The notes beneath the pieces were generated by a model. The model saw only the letters and a list, made by a program, of their open reading frames with translations, had not been told where the DNA came from and made no database searches. From an uncultured Bacilli bacterium (GTDB taxonomy: Bacteria; Bacillota_I; Bacilli_A; RF39; UBA660): a stretch of DNA of 64,000 bases. Both the position numbers and the translations under genes were made by a program. The stretch is taken from positions 4,682-68,681 of the forward strand of contig CANROK010000001.1 in NCBI GenBank assembly GCA_947632205.1. Reading direction: 5' to 3'. This document shows positions 62,075 through 64,000 of this stretch, piece by piece. How positions within the stretch are numbered: position 1 is the stretch's first letter; each line of letters starts with the position of its first letter.

Positions 62075-63475
62075 ATGAAAAAAGTTTTAACAACAATAAT
62101 ATTATTTTTAGCTTTCATACCTATAATTGTAAATGCTACATCTGGTAAAATATCAGTAAGTAGTACTAGTACAGTAGTGGTAGGAAATAAAGTTACAGTA
62201 ACAGTTACTTTAAGTGGTAGTGATATTGGTAGTTGGCAAATGACTTTAAATTATGATAAAAGTTATTTACAACTAACAAATAGTTCAGCTGAAGCTGGTG
62301 GTACAGTTATGGCTTCTTCTGTTACTAAACCAATAACTTCTAAAAAATATACTTTTACATTTAAAACATTAAAAAAAGGAAGTACAACAGTATCTGTAAA
62401 AAGTTATGAAGCATATGCTTTTTCTGATATGCAAGAGATTAATCTTACCAGTGGTAGTAAAACTATTAAAATAATTACGCAAGAAGAACTTGAAGCTAGT
62501 TATTCTAAAGATAATAATTTAAAAAGTTTAAGTGTTGAGGGATATGAACTTGATAAAACTTTTGATAAAAATACTTTAGATTATAGTGTTAATGTTAATG
62601 AAGGAACAACAAGTATTAAAATAAATGCAACAGCAAATGATAAAAAAGCATCAATAAATGGTGATGGCGTAGTTAATGTTACTGCTGGTACTAATGTTTT
62701 TAAAATAGTTGTCAGGGCAGAAAATGGTAGTGAAAAAATATATAATTTGACAATTAATGTTATTGATCAAAATCCTATAAATGTTACTATTAATAATAAT
62801 AATTATACAGTTATTAAATTAAGAGATAATTTTGAATGTTCTGGTTCTTTTAGTGAAAGTACAGTAAAAATAAATGATATTGATATTCCATCATGTTATA
62901 ATGAAAATCTAAATTATCAATTAGTAGGATTAAAACTTAGTGATGGAACAATAGAAAGTTATATATATGAAAATAATAATTATAAAAAATATGTTGAAGT
63001 CATTGGAACAAGTTTAAAATTAATAATTAATGATTATAATGGAGAAATAGAAGGACTTACAAAATATGTAGAAGAAATAGATGGAACAGAATATAATGTC
63101 TTTAAAAAGAATGCTAACTCAAAATATTATATAGTATATGGTACTAATATAGAAAATGGTAAGAAAGATTTTTATTCTTATGATACTATTAGTAAAACAT
63201 TTAGTTTATATGATAAAGAGGAAGCAAAAGAAAATAATAATTTAAATAATTTATATTTATATGTAATTATTGCTTTTGGTAGTTGTTTATTTCTAGCCAT
63301 CATTTGTGTTATATCTTTATTAAATAAAATTAGTCGTATTAAAAAATTAAATTTACAAATGCAAAAAGATATTGTGAAAAAAGAAGAGATAATTAAACAA
63401 GCAGAAGAAGAAAAAGAACAAGTAAATAATTCAAAAAAAGAAAAGAAAACTACTAAGAAAAAGAAAAAGCAATAA
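62075..63475 (+). CDS. membrane-anchored cohesin-domain protein with cadherin-like beta-sandwich domain and C-terminal TM anchor + K/E-rich cytoplasmic tail
   Basis: It has a signal peptide and a cohesin-like pattern (KVTVTVTLSGSDIGSWQMTLNYDKSYLQL...G). A cadherin-like block follows (LKSLSVEGYELDKTFDKNTLDYSVNV...NVFKIVVRAENGSEKIYNLTIN). The C-terminal TM helix is LYLYVIIAFGSCLFLAIICVISLL. RBS AAGGAGG is present. Confidence 0.55.
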   Translation: MKKVLTTIILFLAFIPIIVNATSGKISVSSTSTVVVGNKVTVTVTLSGSDIGSWQMTLNYDKSYLQLTNSSAEAGGTVMASSVTKPITSKKYTFTFKTLKKGSTTVSVKSYEAYAFSDMQEINLTSGSKTIKIITQEELEASYSKDNNLKSLSVEGYELDKTFDKNTLDYSVNVNEGTTSIKINATANDKKASINGDGVVNVTAGTNVFKIVVRAENGSEKIYNLTINVIDQNPINVTINNNNYTVIKLRDNFECSGSFSESTVKINDIDIPSCYNENLNYQLVGLKLSDGTIESYIYENNNYKKYVEVIGTSLKLIINDYNGEIEGLTKYVEEIDGTEYNVFKKNANSKYYIVYGTNIENGKKDFYSYDTISKTFSLYDKEEAKENNNLNNLYLYVIIAFGSCLFLAIICVISLLNKISRIKKLNLQMQKDIVKKEEIIKQAEEEKEQVNNSKKEKKTTKKKKKQ

Positions 63476-63491
63476 AATATACGACTACAAA

Positions 63492-63521
63492 ATGTGCGAA
63501 TTTTTGTTCGTACATTTTTTT
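63492..63521 (+). terminator. intrinsic terminator atgtgcgaa/ttcgtacat (one G-U) + T7
   Basis: A 9-bp stem is followed by a T-run. Confidence 0.6.
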
Positions 63522-63533
63522 GACTCAAAATTA

Positions 63534-63561
63534 TTGACACTCGGGGGGGGTATTATATAAT
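63534..63561 (+). promoter_or_regulatory. second copy of the TTGACA-ctc-G8-...TATAAT promoter
   Basis: It is identical to 49035..49062. Confidence 0.6.
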
Positions 63562-63588
63562 TAAAATATATAAAATAAAGAGGAAAAT

Positions 63589-64000
63589 ATGTATAATAAG
63601 AGATATAAGAAAAGTAATAAAAAGATATATGGAATGTGTACGATAATAGTAGTGTTAATATATACAATATCAATATGTTATTCAACATTACAACAACAAC
63701 TAGAAATAAATGGCTTAGTAAAAGTAAGAAGACAAGAGAATATAAGAGTAACAGGAGTAGTAGTAGATAGTAGTATAAATGCCACATCAAATTGGGAAGA
63801 ATATGATGTAAAGAATGTAAGTGCTGGAATAAGTTTACCAAATGAAGATTCAAGTATAACATATAATGTAAAAGTAACAAACTTTGGAAATGTTGATATG
63901 GGAATATATAATATTGATGGTTTAGATGATAGATTAACATATACAATAACAGATTATACATTAAAAGAGAAAATAGAAAAAAGTGGACATAAAAAAGAAT
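63589..64000 (+). CDS. paralog of the 49090 surface protein (3' truncated by window end)
   Basis: The first ~137 aa are about 90% identical to 49090..51588 (MYNKRYKKSNKKIYGMCTIIV.LIYTISICYSTLQQQLEINGLVKVRRQENIRVTGV...). The 5' UTR is identical. Confidence 0.55.
   Translation, partial: MYNKRYKKSNKKIYGMCTIIVVLIYTISICYSTLQQQLEINGLVKVRRQENIRVTGVVVDSSINATSNWEEYDVKNVSAGISLPNEDSSITYNVKVTNFGNVDMGIYNIDGLDDRLTYTITDYTLKEKIEKSGHKKE

Noticed and set aside
61825-62118. 97-aa minus-strand ORF with internal repeat
   Set aside because: Its internal repeat is just the antisense image of the tandem dockerin duplication. No independent signals support it.

Overview
This is a very AT-rich (about 25-28% GC) chromosomal window from an endospore-forming low-GC Firmicute. 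The lineage call rests on polC and dnaE both being present, together with dacB-spmA-spmB-rluB synteny, a Cse60-like ORF, and B. subtilis-type dnaB-dnaI and recA-rny pairs. Most of the window is housekeeping: trmB, a cadC-cadA metal efflux pair, uvrB, a fused MacB-type ABC transporter, metK behind an S-box riboswitch, proS, pcrA-(nucleotidyltransferase)-ligA, leuS, rpmB, an adjacent dnaE-polC pair, dnaB/dnaI, recA, rny and uppP. Four regions look accessory or unusual. (1) At the left edge, a cell-envelope glycosylation locus: a 5'-truncated YfhO-like membrane protein carrying a C-terminal GtrA-like domain, followed by two GtrB/CsbB-type GT2 enzymes. (2) Between proS and pcrA, an island of uncharacterised genes containing a ~375-bp direct repeat. 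Each repeat copy carries an identical orphan Phd/YefM antitoxin gene, and the two copies bracket a two-gene cassette whose second gene is a divergent MazF/PemK-like toxin. (3) A surface-protein paralog family at 49.0 kb and 63.5 kb. Its members share an identical consensus promoter with a G8 homopolymer in the -35/-10 spacer, a strong candidate for slipped-strand phase variation. (4) A non-cellulosomal cohesin-dockerin pair: a secreted SH3b + glucosaminidase-like hydrolase ending in a duplicated dockerin module, next to a membrane-anchored cohesin/cadherin-like protein. A promoter-to-terminator transcript of ~72 nt upstream of a secreted Cys-rich protein is a candidate sRNA or novel leader. 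No tRNA, rRNA, CRISPR array, transposase or integrase was recognised.
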